Assembly (NCBI GenBank): GCA_965208575.1
Contig: CBDBOV010000004.1
Coordinates: forward strand, 160,001-224,000
Length of the DNA: 64,000 bases
From: Spirochaetia bacterium
Lineage (GTDB): Bacteria; Spirochaetota; Spirochaetia; SZUA-6; Bin103
Reading direction: 5' to 3'
Part shown: positions 49,875-59,900 of the stretch, piece after piece
Layout of the letters: each line of letters starts with the position of its first letter
Numbering within the stretch: the first letter of the stretch is position 1
Notes under the pieces: model-generated
Databases searched by the model: none
Seen by the model: only the letters and a program-made list of their open reading frames with translations
Told to the model about the DNA's origin: nothing
Translations under genes and position numbers: made by a program

Positions 49875-50798
49875 ATGAACAAGATCGAGCGAATGCACAC
49901 CATGCTGCGCGGCGAGCGGCCGGACCGGGTGCCGGCCGGGTTCTGGTTCCACTTTCCGGAATCCGCCGCAGCCGGGACCGCGATGGCGCAGGCGCACATC
50001 GACTACTACCGCGCCGCCGACCCCGACCTGCTGAAGGTGATGAATGACAACGGCTACGAAGCGGTCGGCGTGGACGTGGTGAGGTCGCCCGCGGACTGGC
50101 GCAAGCTGGAGCCGGCACCGTTGTCTTCGGCGCCCTATCAGGCACAGCTCGCGGGCCTGCGCGCCCTGGTGGATGTCCTCGGCGGCGAGGTGCTGATGGC
50201 GACGACCATCTTCAACCCGTACGCCACCGGCAACCAGATCAGTGACAACAAGGTCACCGAGCACCTGAAGGAAGACCCGGAGGCGGTCTCGGCGGGGCTT
50301 GCCGCGATCGCGGAGAGCCTGGCCGAGTTTTCGGCTGCCTGCATCGACGCCGGGGCGGCCGGTATCTACTTCTCGGCGCAAGGCGGCGACGCGTCCCGGT
50401 TCACCGCGGAGGAGCACCGGCGCTACATCAAGCCGCACGACGTCACCGTGCTGGAGGCGGCCACGGCGGCGGGGGCCACCTGCAACATCGTGCACATATG
50501 CGGGCGCGGAATCCGCTTGGAGCACTACGTGGACTATCCGGGGCACACGGTGAACTGGGCGCCGCAGAACGACAACCTGAGCCTGACGGCGGGCCGCGAC
50601 CTGTTTCGGCGGCCGATCATCGGCGGCATCGATGAACGGGGGCCGATCGTGGACGGGCCGCGCGAGGCGATCGCCGCCGAGGTGCACGGTGCGCTGGCGA
50701 CGATGGGCAGCGCCGGATTCATGGTCGGCGCCGGCTGCACGCTGCCGAACGACGTGGAGGTGGAACACCTCGCGTGGGCGCGGGAGGCGGTGAGCTAA
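49875..50798 (+). CDS. Uroporphyrinogen decarboxylase family protein
   Basis: DRVPAGFWFHF, DLLKVM, IVHICG, IIGGIDE, FMVGAGCTLP; UroD/MtaA TIM-barrel family, substrate unknown. Confidence 0.8.
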   Translation: MNKIERMHTMLRGERPDRVPAGFWFHFPESAAAGTAMAQAHIDYYRAADPDLLKVMNDNGYEAVGVDVVRSPADWRKLEPAPLSSAPYQAQLAGLRALVDVLGGEVLMATTIFNPYATGNQISDNKVTEHLKEDPEAVSAGLAAIAESLAEFSAACIDAGAAGIYFSAQGGDASRFTAEEHRRYIKPHDVTVLEAATAAGATCNIVHICGRGIRLEHYVDYPGHTVNWAPQNDNLSLTAGRDLFRRPIIGGIDERGPIVDGPREAIAAEVHGALATMGSAGFMVGAGCTLPNDVEVEHLAWAREAVS

Positions 50799-50823
50799 CC
50801 GCGACTCGCGGCGGCGGGCGCGG

Positions 50824-51834
50824 TCAGGGATAGCGGGCGCGGAACTCCCCTACCCGGGCGCGGGCGCCGGTATCGAGGCCGCTGCGTTCGCCACGCGCGA
50901 GCAGGTGGTAGCCGAGACCGGCTATCATGGCCGCGTTGTCGGTGCACAGCCTGAGGCTGGGATAGACCGTGCGCACCGGCTCCGCGTCCAGCCGGCGCCG
51001 CAGGTAGGTGTTGGCGGCCACGCCTCCGGCCGCCACGATGCAGTCGATGCCGGTTTCGCGGCTGGCGAGCAGCGCCTTGTCCACCACGATGTCGACCGCG
51101 GTCTGCTGAAAGGCGGCGGCCAGATTGGGCAGCGTGTCCTGGTGCGCCGGATCGCGAAACTGGTCGCGCTGGTGAATTACCGCGGTCTTGAGGCCCGAGT
51201 AGGACACGTCGAAGCGGTGGTCCCCCTTGTGCAGGGAGGGGCGAGGAAACCGGTACGCCGCGGCATCGCCGTCTTCGGCGAGATTCTGGATGGCGACGCC
51301 GCCCGGAAATCCGATGTCGAAGTACTTGGCGACCTTGTCGAACGCTTCGCCGCAGGCGTCGTCGATGGTGGCGCCCATCACCGTGATGCGGTCGAACCCG
51401 TAGACCTGGGCGATCAAGGTGTGGCCGCCGGACAGCAGCAGCCCGATGTAGGGATAGGAGAGGTCGCGCTCCAGGTGCGGGGCGTAGAAGTGCGCCTGTA
51501 CGTGATCCACCGCGATCATCGGCAGGCCAAGCGCGAGCGCCAAACCCTTGGCGTAGGACAGGCCCACCAGCAAGGATCCGATCAACCCGGGGCGGGTGGT
51601 AACGGCGAGCGCATCAATGGCCGACAACTCCACGCCGGCGTCGGCGAGGGCGTGTTCCACGACGCCGTCGATCCACTCGACGTGCTTGCGGCTGGCGATC
51701 TCCGGGACCACGCCCCGGTAGCGGCGGTGTTCCTCGATCTGGGAGTAGACCACGTTGCTGAGCATCGTCGAGCCGTCGGCAACGACCGCGGCCGCACACT
51801 CGTCGCACGAGGTCTCGATCCCCAGTACCGTCAC
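50824..51834 (-). CDS. tsaD: tRNA N6-adenosine threonylcarbamoyltransferase TsaD
   Basis: VLGIETSCDE, GVVPEIASRKH, PGLIGSLLVG, HVQAH, SGGHT, DDACGEAFDK, CTDNAAMI. Confidence 0.97.
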   Translation of the reverse strand: MTVLGIETSCDECAAAVVADGSTMLSNVVYSQIEEHRRYRGVVPEIASRKHVEWIDGVVEHALADAGVELSAIDALAVTTRPGLIGSLLVGLSYAKGLALALGLPMIAVDHVQAHFYAPHLERDLSYPYIGLLLSGGHTLIAQVYGFDRITVMGATIDDACGEAFDKVAKYFDIGFPGGVAIQNLAEDGDAAAYRFPRPSLHKGDHRFDVSYSGLKTAVIHQRDQFRDPAHQDTLPNLAAAFQQTAVDIVVDKALLASRETGIDCIVAAGGVAANTYLRRRLDAEPVRTVYPSLRLCTDNAAMIAGLGYHLLARGERSGLDTGARARVGEFRARYP

Positions 51835-52910
51835 GGGGTGGCGAACTCGGTACCGCCGACCGCGCCGGTGGCCGGGAGGTGAGAGAGCGCGACCGCGCCG
51901 CCGTCGATCGGTACGAGTTCGGAGAGCGGCACCACCACGTATCCCTGCTCCTGCAGGTAGGGATATACCTCCAACAGCGCTTGTGCGACTTCGCGCACGG
52001 AAGAGTGGCCAATGAGGACCGCGTGTCCCTGCCTGCGGGCCACGGCGAGCCCTTGGCGCAGGGCGCTGCGAATGGCGGCCGGATCGCGGTCATGGTCCAG
52101 GAACACGTCGCGGGCCATGAACGGTACGCCGTGCTTCGACGCATACACCGCGGCCACGCTGCTTGCGGTCGTGCGGCTGTCGACGAAGAACCGGCCGGTA
52201 TCGGCGAGGTACGCCATGACGGCGTCCATGATGCGGGCGTCCGCGGTGCCGGCCGATCCCATGTGGTTGTTGGTGCCCACGGCGCCGCTGATCGAGGCGA
52301 AGTTGAGTTCGAGCAGCAGGCGAATCTCCACCTCCGAGAGTTCGTCGGAGATCGTGCCGGGCCCGGGATTCTTGCCGCTGACCGCCGCCATCGGCAAGTG
52401 CAGGATCACTTCGTGGCCGTGCGCTCGCGCCAGTTCGGCCGCGCGCGCGGAGTGGTGCAACTGCGGCAGTACGGCGAACGTCAGCGGTCCGGGGAACTCC
52501 AGGTAGGGCTTCAGTTCCTGCAGGTTGTTGCCGGCGTCGTCGATCACGATGGCAAGCTTCACCTCCCCGTCGGGCGCGGGCGGCGGCTGGGGTGCCGGAG
52601 CGGTTTCGGGAGCGGGCGCGCGCGCGCCGTCCGGCGGATGAACGGCGCCGTACGACTCGGCGCCCGGGGTCACGCGGTCGGGAATCGTGCCGAGGTATGG
52701 CGGAGGCTCCATCTCGCCGGTCGGAATCTTCAATCGTTCCATGAAGTTCGGGAGCGGGCGCGCCGCTTCGGCACCAGGCCCGGAGTTGTCGTAGGCGGGC
52801 GGGCGCAGCACCAGGCCGACGAGGATGCCGGTCAGCACCACAATCATCGTGACCAGGGCGACGACCAGACGCGCCTGCGGCACCTGCGTTGCCCTTCTCT
52901 GCGCGCTCAC
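51831..52910 (-). CDS. Divergent polysaccharide deacetylase (YibQ family)
   Basis: N-terminal TM, Pro-rich linker, LAIVIDDAG, EVILHLPM, NNHMGS, FFVDSRT, RDVFLD, VLIGH. Confidence 0.9.
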   Translation of the reverse strand: MSAQRRATQVPQARLVVALVTMIVVLTGILVGLVLRPPAYDNSGPGAEAARPLPNFMERLKIPTGEMEPPPYLGTIPDRVTPGAESYGAVHPPDGARAPAPETAPAPQPPPAPDGEVKLAIVIDDAGNNLQELKPYLEFPGPLTFAVLPQLHHSARAAELARAHGHEVILHLPMAAVSGKNPGPGTISDELSEVEIRLLLELNFASISGAVGTNNHMGSAGTADARIMDAVMAYLADTGRFFVDSRTTASSVAAVYASKHGVPFMARDVFLDHDRDPAAIRSALRQGLAVARRQGHAVLIGHSSVREVAQALLEVYPYLQEQGYVVVPLSELVPIDGGAVALSHLPATGAVGGTEFATP

Positions 52911-53123
52911 CGTGTCGCTGCTTCCTGAAGCCGGGACGACATTCGCTTCACGTGACCGTACACGTATCCTTTATCGGTAGCGGCGCGCGGGCTCATGACC
53001 GGGTGGCGTGCGCCGCCCGCTCCGGGGCGCCGTGCCGGCCGTGCCGGTGGCCGTGGCGGAGCCGCGTGGCCGTGCCGCTGCGCACGTTGACCGCTGAGTC
53101 GTGCCGGCGGCACACTGCGTGCC

Positions 53124-53846
53124 ATGTGCGGCCGCTACGCGCTCTACGCGGAACACGAGGAATTGATCGATGCGTTCTCGGTGGTGACCGACGCCGCTAC
53201 CCCGACGACCGAGCCGCGCTACAACATCGCCCCGACGCAGGAGGTACCGGTAGTGATGCGTCCCACCGGCGCACGCCGCGCCGGACCGCGCCGCCTGCGC
53301 ATGGCGCGTTGGGGGCTGGTGCCGCCGCAGTGGCCGACACCGGACCGGAGGCGGGCGCCGCTGATCAACGCGCGCGCCGAGGGCATTGCCGGGCAACCGC
53401 TGTTTCGCGGCCTGTTCGCCGGCAGCCGCTGCATCGTACCGGCGAACGGGTTCTTCGAGTGGCGGCGCGCCGGCGCCGTGCGCCAGCCTTACTTCATGAG
53501 CCACCGTGCCGGGGCTCCGCTGGCGTTCGCCGCCCTCCATGCCCGCTGGCAGCGCGATGGTTCGGCGCCGATTGCCAGTTGCGCCATCATCACCGTGGCC
53601 GCCAACGGGCAACTGGAGCCGCTCCACGAACGCATGCCGGCGATCCTGGATCCGGCGGAGTGGGACCTGTGGCTCGACCCGGAGGCGCCGCGCGAGGCGG
53701 TGATCGCACTGCTGCGCCCGTTCGACGATGAACTGACCCTGCACCGGGTGACACCGCGCATGAATCACTACGCCTTCGAGTCCGCCGACGCGGTGGCACC
53801 GGTCTCCATCGAACCGGTACCGGGGCAATTGCCGTTGCACCGGTAG
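53124..53846 (+). CDS. SOS response-associated peptidase (SRAP/YedK, abasic-site processing)
   Basis: MCGRY with catalytic Cys2, RYNIAPTQ, WGLVP, INARAE, CIVPANGFFEW, HERMPAIL. Confidence 0.93.
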   Translation: MCGRYALYAEHEELIDAFSVVTDAATPTTEPRYNIAPTQEVPVVMRPTGARRAGPRRLRMARWGLVPPQWPTPDRRRAPLINARAEGIAGQPLFRGLFAGSRCIVPANGFFEWRRAGAVRQPYFMSHRAGAPLAFAALHARWQRDGSAPIASCAIITVAANGQLEPLHERMPAILDPAEWDLWLDPEAPREAVIALLRPFDDELTLHRVTPRMNHYAFESADAVAPVSIEPVPGQLPLHR

Positions 53847-53887
53847 GGCGTGTCCGGTCCGGGGGAACGGCTGACGGATTGCGCTCG

Positions 53888-54838
53888 CTAGCCCTCGTGG
53901 GCGAGCACGAAGTAGTGTCCCGGGTTCCACGCCTGACAGATCAGGTAGAGCTGTCCTCCATGCTCGTACCACACCGTGTTGTGGATGTGATCCGCCAACT
54001 CCACGCCGAGCTCTTCCTTCGGACGGATCGTGGAGACCAGTTCGTACGTGCCTGCATCGAGCACGTAGATCGGCGCCGCCCTCCCCTCCTGCGGGTCATC
54101 GAGGCTGCCCACCAGGGCGTACCAGTGGTGGCCGCGCTGCAGGAAGTCGATGCCGCACGGCTTGGAGCCGTGGCTGATGTCGTGCGAGGAGTGAAAGTGG
54201 CCGCCGTGGCTGAAGTGCTGGAAGCGCGCGTGCGGGCGGTCGGCAATTGACAGGTGGTGGCCGTCGGGGTGCGCGTTCAGGCCGTGCGCGGTGCCGAACA
54301 GTCCCGGCGCCTTCGGGTCGTCGGTCTTGCCTGCGAAGATTCCCTTCCACTGCTGCGTGCCGAGGTCGGCGGTCGAGATATGGTTGGCGCCGTAGCCGTC
54401 CGCCACGTACAGCGTGCCGTCCGCGTAGACGGTGTCGGTCGGGTTGAACGGCGTCTCCCCGTCCTGGTACTCGTCGAACTCGGGCCGCGAGAGGACGAAG
54501 TCCAGGTTGCCGTCGAGCCCGAGCACGACCACCTTGGCGTCGCCATTGGCCGGCATCACCAGCCGCCGCTTGCCGTCGAACTGCACCAACTTGGTGCTGT
54601 GGAAATTGATCGGCTTCAGGTCCGGCGGCAGCTCGATGATTTCCTGGCTGCGCAGATCGGAGGCGATCGACATCAGGCCGCAGCCGGGCATACCGTAGTA
54701 GATGCGGCCGCCGGGCTCGGTGTCGACGGCAAAGCCGCCGTGCAGGTCCACCTCGCACGGACGCGCTGCTTCCGGCAGGGAGTACAGGTCATCGCAGAGC
54801 GAGAACGCAAAGGGTGCTTGGCCACTGGTCTTGGGCAT
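53888..54838 (-). CDS. NHL-repeat beta-propeller (PAL-like) protein
   Basis: SD AGGAGG; PTDTV...LYVADGYGAN, FGTAHG...IADR; no signal peptide. Confidence 0.7.
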   Translation of the reverse strand: MPKTSGQAPFAFSLCDDLYSLPEAARPCEVDLHGGFAVDTEPGGRIYYGMPGCGLMSIASDLRSQEIIELPPDLKPINFHSTKLVQFDGKRRLVMPANGDAKVVVLGLDGNLDFVLSRPEFDEYQDGETPFNPTDTVYADGTLYVADGYGANHISTADLGTQQWKGIFAGKTDDPKAPGLFGTAHGLNAHPDGHHLSIADRPHARFQHFSHGGHFHSSHDISHGSKPCGIDFLQRGHHWYALVGSLDDPQEGRAAPIYVLDAGTYELVSTIRPKEELGVELADHIHNTVWYEHGGQLYLICQAWNPGHYFVLAHEG

Positions 54839-55020
54839 GGTTCGTTCCTCCTGTTGGGCGGGGTTGCGGGCGCATACTACCCCGAATCGCCGTGGCGGCG
54901 CGACCGGTTTGCGTGCGCCGGTCACCCCCTTGGTGCCGTTCCGGGGTGTGTGGTGTAATCGGCGTGGCAGCCGGGGCTCCACCACGGGCTGCCAGGAGAG
55001 GTGTTGTGGTAAAGACGCGA

Positions 55021-56016
55021 ATGGCGCAATACGGCATCGGGCACGATCACGCGGGCGGCAAGGCGCGCGTGATGCGGGACAGTGCCGCGGTCGAACTGGC
55101 GGGGGTGTACGAGCCGGCGGAGTGGCTGCGCGGCTCGCTCGGCGCCCGTCCGCCCTACGACGGAGTGCACTGGTTCGGGTCGGCGCGGGAGATGCTGGAG
55201 GATCCGAGCATAGCGGCGGTCGCGGTCGAGGGGCGGGTGTCGGAGAACCTGGCGTTCGCGCGCGCCTGCCTGGAGCATGGCAAGCACGTATGGCTGGACA
55301 AGCCGGCGGGCGACGACCTGGACCAGTTCCGGGCGCTGCTGCGGCTGGCGTCGGCGCGCGGGCGGCACGTGCAGCTCGGCTACATGTTCCGCTACAACGC
55401 CGGCTACCAGTTCATTTTGGACTGGGCCGCATCCGGCCGGCTGGGCGCCATTCGCTCGGTGCGCACGCGGATCTCCACCGGCGTCGCGAACGATGCCGCG
55501 TGGCGGCGCTGGGACAGCCACGGCGAGCACGCCGGCGGCCTGATGTTCATCCTCGCCGGCCACGTGGTCGACATCGTGGTGGCGCTGCTCGGCCGCCCGC
55601 ACCGGGTGAGTGCCTTCGCCCGCCAGCAGACCGACGCCTTTCCCTGGTACCGGGACAACAACGTGGCGGTGCTGGAGTACCCGCACGCCCTGGCGGTCGT
55701 GGAGTCGGTGGCCGGCGAAGTGGAGCCGGGCGCCGCGCGCCGCATGGAAGTGTACGGCACCCGCGGCAGCGCCATCCTGGAGCCGATGGAGCCGCCCCGC
55801 CTGCGCCTGTGCCTGGACGCCGCGCGCGCCGGCTACGAAGCCGGCTGGCAGGAGGTGCCGGTGGCGGCGCGGCCGCGCTACGTGGAGAGCCTGCGCGCCT
55901 TCCTGGCCACCATCCACGGCGAGCAGCCGGCCGACCGCACCTTCGCCCACGAGCTGGCGGTGCAGGAGACCCTGCTGGCGGCCGCCGGCCTGCACTCGCT
56001 GACGCCGCCCCGATAG
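55021..56016 (+). CDS. Gfo/Idh/MocA family oxidoreductase
   Basis: Rossmann-like YGIGHDHA, GKHVWLDKP, QLGYMFRY, GGLMFILAGHVVD; start may be a few codons upstream. Confidence 0.88.
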   Translation: MAQYGIGHDHAGGKARVMRDSAAVELAGVYEPAEWLRGSLGARPPYDGVHWFGSAREMLEDPSIAAVAVEGRVSENLAFARACLEHGKHVWLDKPAGDDLDQFRALLRLASARGRHVQLGYMFRYNAGYQFILDWAASGRLGAIRSVRTRISTGVANDAAWRRWDSHGEHAGGLMFILAGHVVDIVVALLGRPHRVSAFARQQTDAFPWYRDNNVAVLEYPHALAVVESVAGEVEPGAARRMEVYGTRGSAILEPMEPPRLRLCLDAARAGYEAGWQEVPVAARPRYVESLRAFLATIHGEQPADRTFAHELAVQETLLAAAGLHSLTPPR

Positions 56017-56069
56017 CGCGCCGCACGGCCGCCTGCCGCGGCGCTTCCGGCCCAACCGGTACGCCCGCC

Positions 56070-56190
56070 CTACTACCTTTTCTTGCGCGGGCGCGCCGGC
56101 ATGGCGTCGTGGAAGGTGTCGCTGGAGATCAGCCACAGATCGCGGTCGGCGGGCGCCGGCGTGGCCCGCTCGGCGCCGCGGCAGGAGCCG
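56070..56190 (-). pseudogene. 3' remnant of a paralogous Gfo/Idh/MocA gene
   Basis: Reads ...PADRDLWLISSDTFHDAMPARPRKKR**, against LADRELRLVSSDTYQDHTPARLRPKRRK* at the end of the neighbouring gene. Confidence 0.65.
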
Positions 56191-56276
56191 CACCCGTTGT
56201 TTGGATCTCGCGCTGACGCGAGCGGCGGCGTGAACGGCGCTCCGGCCGCCCCGGCTCGCGGCGTGACCGGGGCCCG

Positions 56277-57413
56277 TTACTTGCGGCGCTTGGGGCGCAA
56301 GCGGGCGGGCGTATGGTCCTGGTACGTATCGCTGGAGACCAGCCGCAGCTCGCGGTCGGCGAGCGGCAACCGTACCCGCCGGCAGTCGCGGCGGTGCGAC
56401 TCCCGCATCGCGATCGCGATCTCCAGCGCCGCCCGGCCATCCTCCCCGGAACACCGCGGCGCCGCGCCGCTGGCGAGGCAGGCCACCAGGTCCTCGACAA
56501 TCGCCAACCCGGTGGCCTGCAGGCGGTTCGGCAGCGGGAACGGGTACTCCGCCGGCAGCGAGCCCTGGAAGCGGTTGGACAGCGGGCGCATGCTCGGGCG
56601 CTCGGTGTTGCCCTGGACGCGGCGGATCAGCTTCCAGCTCATGCCGTCGTCGCCGGTCCAGGCGCGCGCCTCGTCGCCGATGATGTCGAACGAGGTGAAG
56701 GCGGCGCCGCTGGGCATGGTGCGGATGAAACCGCGCACGCCGTTGGCGTACGCCAGGTAGCCGTTGCCCCGCGGATCGTCGTCGCCGGCGGCGACCGCGT
56801 CCGACTCCATCTCGCCGAACACCCACTCGACGTGGCTCCCGGCCAGGAAGTTCATCGTGTCGAGCATGTGGCTGCCGTTGCTCGACAGGCCGAAGGTGCC
56901 GTGCACGTTGATCTGGCGCAGTGTGCCGAACTCACCGGTGTCGAGCATCGTCTTGATCTCCCGGAACAACGCGTTCCAGCGCCGGTGACAGTTGACGGCC
57001 ACCACGGTGCCGTGTTCGCGGCATACCTGCAGCGCCGAATCCGCCTCCGCCAGGCTGACCGAGATCGGCTTCTCGGCCCAGATGCCGCGCACTCCGGCGC
57101 GCGCCGTGTCCTCGATGATGGCGGCGCGCGGGCGGGCGCTGGTGCACATGCTGACCAGGTCCAGGTCCTCGCGCGCCAGCATCTCGCGGTAGTCCGCGTA
57201 GACGTGCGCTTCGTCCAGTCCCCACCGTTCCGCGAACCAGGCACGCTGCCGGGCGTCGGGATCCGCACCGGCGGCCAGCTCCACCAGCGGCGACTCGTGG
57301 TAGGCCGGCGCGTGACAGTAGGGCAGGAAGAAGGTGCCGCCCCGGATGATCTCGTCGTCGAACGTGCTGCCGATGCGCCCCAGACCGATAACGCCTGCGC
57401 GAAGCTGTGCCAT
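56277..57413 (-). CDS. Gfo/Idh/MocA family oxidoreductase
   Basis: AGVIGLGRIG, YADYREML, IWAEKPI, VNCHRRW, NGSHMLD. Confidence 0.92.
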   Translation of the reverse strand: MAQLRAGVIGLGRIGSTFDDEIIRGGTFFLPYCHAPAYHESPLVELAAGADPDARQRAWFAERWGLDEAHVYADYREMLAREDLDLVSMCTSARPRAAIIEDTARAGVRGIWAEKPISVSLAEADSALQVCREHGTVVAVNCHRRWNALFREIKTMLDTGEFGTLRQINVHGTFGLSSNGSHMLDTMNFLAGSHVEWVFGEMESDAVAAGDDDPRGNGYLAYANGVRGFIRTMPSGAAFTSFDIIGDEARAWTGDDGMSWKLIRRVQGNTERPSMRPLSNRFQGSLPAEYPFPLPNRLQATGLAIVEDLVACLASGAAPRCSGEDGRAALEIAIAMRESHRRDCRRVRLPLADRELRLVSSDTYQDHTPARLRPKRRK

Positions 57414-57630
57414 GGCCCGGCAGCATGCACGGCGCTGACGCTCCGCGCAACCTCCAGGATGTGAAGACTGACGTTGAACGCAAGAGTGTCGATGCTCCCT
57501 GGGGCCGTGCTGGCCGGCAGTGCGCGGCGGTACTTCTGCCCCCACCAGCCCGACTGCCACCCCGCCCGGCCAAACCATTTCCGCGCACGAGCAGCAGGCA
57601 GGTGCCGCCACCAACGACACGCGTGCCTCG

Positions 57631-57639
57631 TGGTATACT
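57631..57639 (+). promoter_or_regulatory. Extended -10 promoter for the DinB gene
   Basis: TG-G-TATACT; SD AGGAG lies before ATG 57697. Confidence 0.5.
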
Positions 57640-57696
57640 GCGGGTCCGTCAACCAGCCGTGGCGCGTGCGCCGCGGCGTTCCGTCAGGAGTAACCT

Positions 57697-58188
57697 ATGT
57701 TGCAGCATGTGTTGAACGCTTACGCGATGAACTTGAAACGCACGGGCATGCATGTCCAGGATCTGTCCGCCGAGCAGATGGTCGAGCAGCCGTCCGGAGT
57801 GATCAATCACCCGGCATGGACCCTGGGCCATCTCGCGGCGACTTCCGACAACCTCGCCAGGACGCTGGGCCAGGAGTCCACCTTTCCCGAGGAGTGGCGC
57901 GAGGCCTGCAGCACCGGCGGCACGCCCAGCGGCAACGCGGCCGACTTTCCCACCAGGGATCGGCTGCTGGAGGAGCTCGGCGCGCAGCACGAGCGGGTGG
58001 CCGCTGCCTTTGCCGCCGCCGGCGAGGAGGTCCTCGCTCAGCCCCTCCCCAACCCCCGCGGGCGCAAGATATTCGGCACCGTGGGCGGTTACGCCGTGGC
58101 GCTGATGACCACCCACGAGGCCAACCACCTGGGGCAGCTCGCGGCCTGGCGCCGGGCCATGGGCCTCGGTTCGGCGACCGGAATCTGA
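57697..58188 (+). CDS. DinB family protein
   Basis: NHPAWTLGHL and HEANHLGQL histidine motifs. Confidence 0.88.
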   Translation: MLQHVLNAYAMNLKRTGMHVQDLSAEQMVEQPSGVINHPAWTLGHLAATSDNLARTLGQESTFPEEWREACSTGGTPSGNAADFPTRDRLLEELGAQHERVAAAFAAAGEEVLAQPLPNPRGRKIFGTVGGYAVALMTTHEANHLGQLAAWRRAMGLGSATGI

Positions 58189-58267
58189 GCGCGCCGCGGC
58201 GCTCCTGATTGGTGGCCGCGACGGCGCCGGCGGTGACCTGAACCGGGCACCAGGCTGGCTGCAAACC

Positions 58268-59689
58268 GTGGTAGATATCCGCAATCCCGCCTTCACGGCC
58301 ATGTTCCGCGAGTACGACCTGCGCGGGCGCGTTGCCGAGGGCGAACTCACCGACGATTCGGTGCGGCTCATCGCCAACGCCTTCGGGCGGCTCCTGGCGG
58401 CGCGCGGCATGTCCCGTGCGGTGGTGGGTTACGACAACCGTCCGGCGTCGCCCGGCTTCAAGGAGGCGGCCGTCGCCGGCCTGACCGCGGCGGGAATCGA
58501 CGTGGTGGACATCGGGTTGACCGTCAGCCCGGCGCTCTACTTCAGCCAGCACCACCTCGGCGTACCCGCCGGGCTGATGGTCACGGCCAGCCACAACCCG
58601 AGCGAGTGGTGCGGCATGAAGCTGGCGCACGGCTTGTCGCGCACGCTCGGACCCGCCGAGATGCGCGAACTGTACGCCCTGGTGACCGAGGGCGAGCGCA
58701 GCGGCAGCCGCGCCGGCACGCGCAGCACCGCCGACACGCGCGACCCCTACCTCGACCGGGTCACCGCGGGCACCAGGCTGGCGCGCCCGCTGCGGGTGGC
58801 GGTGGACTGCGGTAACGGCGCCGCGGGGGTATTCGCCTACGAGGCGCTGCAGCGCGTCGGCTGCCTCACCTTTCAGCTCTACTGCGACCCCGATGACCGC
58901 TACCCGCACTACTTTCCCAATCCGTCCGACCTGAAGGCGCGCCGCCGGCTGCGCGAGATCGTCACCCACCCGTACATACGCGCCGACGCCGGCGTGGCGT
59001 TCGACGGCGACGGTGACCGCATCGGGGTGATGGACGAGCGCGGCGCGGACGTGTGGAGCGACCGCGTGCTGATTCTGCTCGCCCGGCGGCTGCTGCGCGA
59101 GCGCCCCGGCGCCACCGTGGTGTACGACGTCAAGTGCACGCGCGGCCTGGAGGAAGAGGTGCGGAACGGCGGTGGGCGCCCGGTGATGTGGAAGACCGGC
59201 CACTCGCACATCAAGGCCAAGCTGCATGAACTGGACGCCGAGCTTGCCGGCGAGCGCAGCGGCCACATTTTCTACGGCGCCGGCTTCTACGGCTTCGACG
59301 ACGCGCTGTACGCCGGCATCCGGTTGCTGGAGGTGCTGGCCGACCACGACGGCTCCCTGTCCGACCTGGTTGCCACTACCCCGCCCTACCTCACCTCGCC
59401 GGAGATCGCCGCGCACTGCCCGGACGATGTGAAGTACGCCGTGGTGGATCGGCTGGTCGCCGAATTCAAGGCGGACTACGGCGACCGGGTGATCGACATC
59501 AACGGGGCCCGGGTCGACTTCGGCGACGGCTGGGGACTGGTGCGGGCATCGTCCAACCTGCCCGAGCTGGTGATCATCTTCGAAGCCCGCACCGAGCAGC
59601 GGCTGCGCGAGATCCGCGCCCTGTTCCGCGCCAGGCTGGACGCTTGTCCGGAAATCGATCCGCAGTGGCGCAACGACACCTACGCCTGA
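58268..59689 (+). CDS. Phosphomannomutase/phosphoglucomutase
   Basis: FREYDLRG, VTASHNP, FDGDGDR, GERSGH, WGLVRASSN. Confidence 0.95.
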   Translation: MVDIRNPAFTAMFREYDLRGRVAEGELTDDSVRLIANAFGRLLAARGMSRAVVGYDNRPASPGFKEAAVAGLTAAGIDVVDIGLTVSPALYFSQHHLGVPAGLMVTASHNPSEWCGMKLAHGLSRTLGPAEMRELYALVTEGERSGSRAGTRSTADTRDPYLDRVTAGTRLARPLRVAVDCGNGAAGVFAYEALQRVGCLTFQLYCDPDDRYPHYFPNPSDLKARRRLREIVTHPYIRADAGVAFDGDGDRIGVMDERGADVWSDRVLILLARRLLRERPGATVVYDVKCTRGLEEEVRNGGGRPVMWKTGHSHIKAKLHELDAELAGERSGHIFYGAGFYGFDDALYAGIRLLEVLADHDGSLSDLVATTPPYLTSPEIAAHCPDDVKYAVVDRLVAEFKADYGDRVIDINGARVDFGDGWGLVRASSNLPELVIIFEARTEQRLREIRALFRARLDACPEIDPQWRNDTYA

Positions 59690-59800
59690 AGGGACCAGCA
59701 GACGCATGGGAGAGTTCATGACCAGGACAGAGATTCAGCCCGTCCGGCAGCACGCTGGCGAGCGTGCGCGAATAATTGGACACTGAGTTCGATATGTCTC

Positions 59801-59900
59801 AAGGCGGGGCGGCCGGTGGTCGATTACCATAGCGAGCGGGAGATCAGCACTCGCAACTTATTGCCGGGGCGGGGCGGCCGCGTAACGGCCGCCCCGCCTT
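59801..59900. other. Inverted-repeat structured element (terminator/switch or MITE-like)
   Basis: 59886-59900 pairs perfectly with 59801-59815 (15 bp) or, via 59886-59898, with 59868-59880 (13 bp, 5-nt loop). Confidence 0.6.

Noticed and set aside
52905-52945. SRP RNA-like GGAAGCAGC in a TGTCG/CGACA stem (minus strand)
   Set aside because: The 5' CAGG and the GNRA-capped helix of SRP domain IV are missing; more likely the RBS region of the yibQ-like gene.
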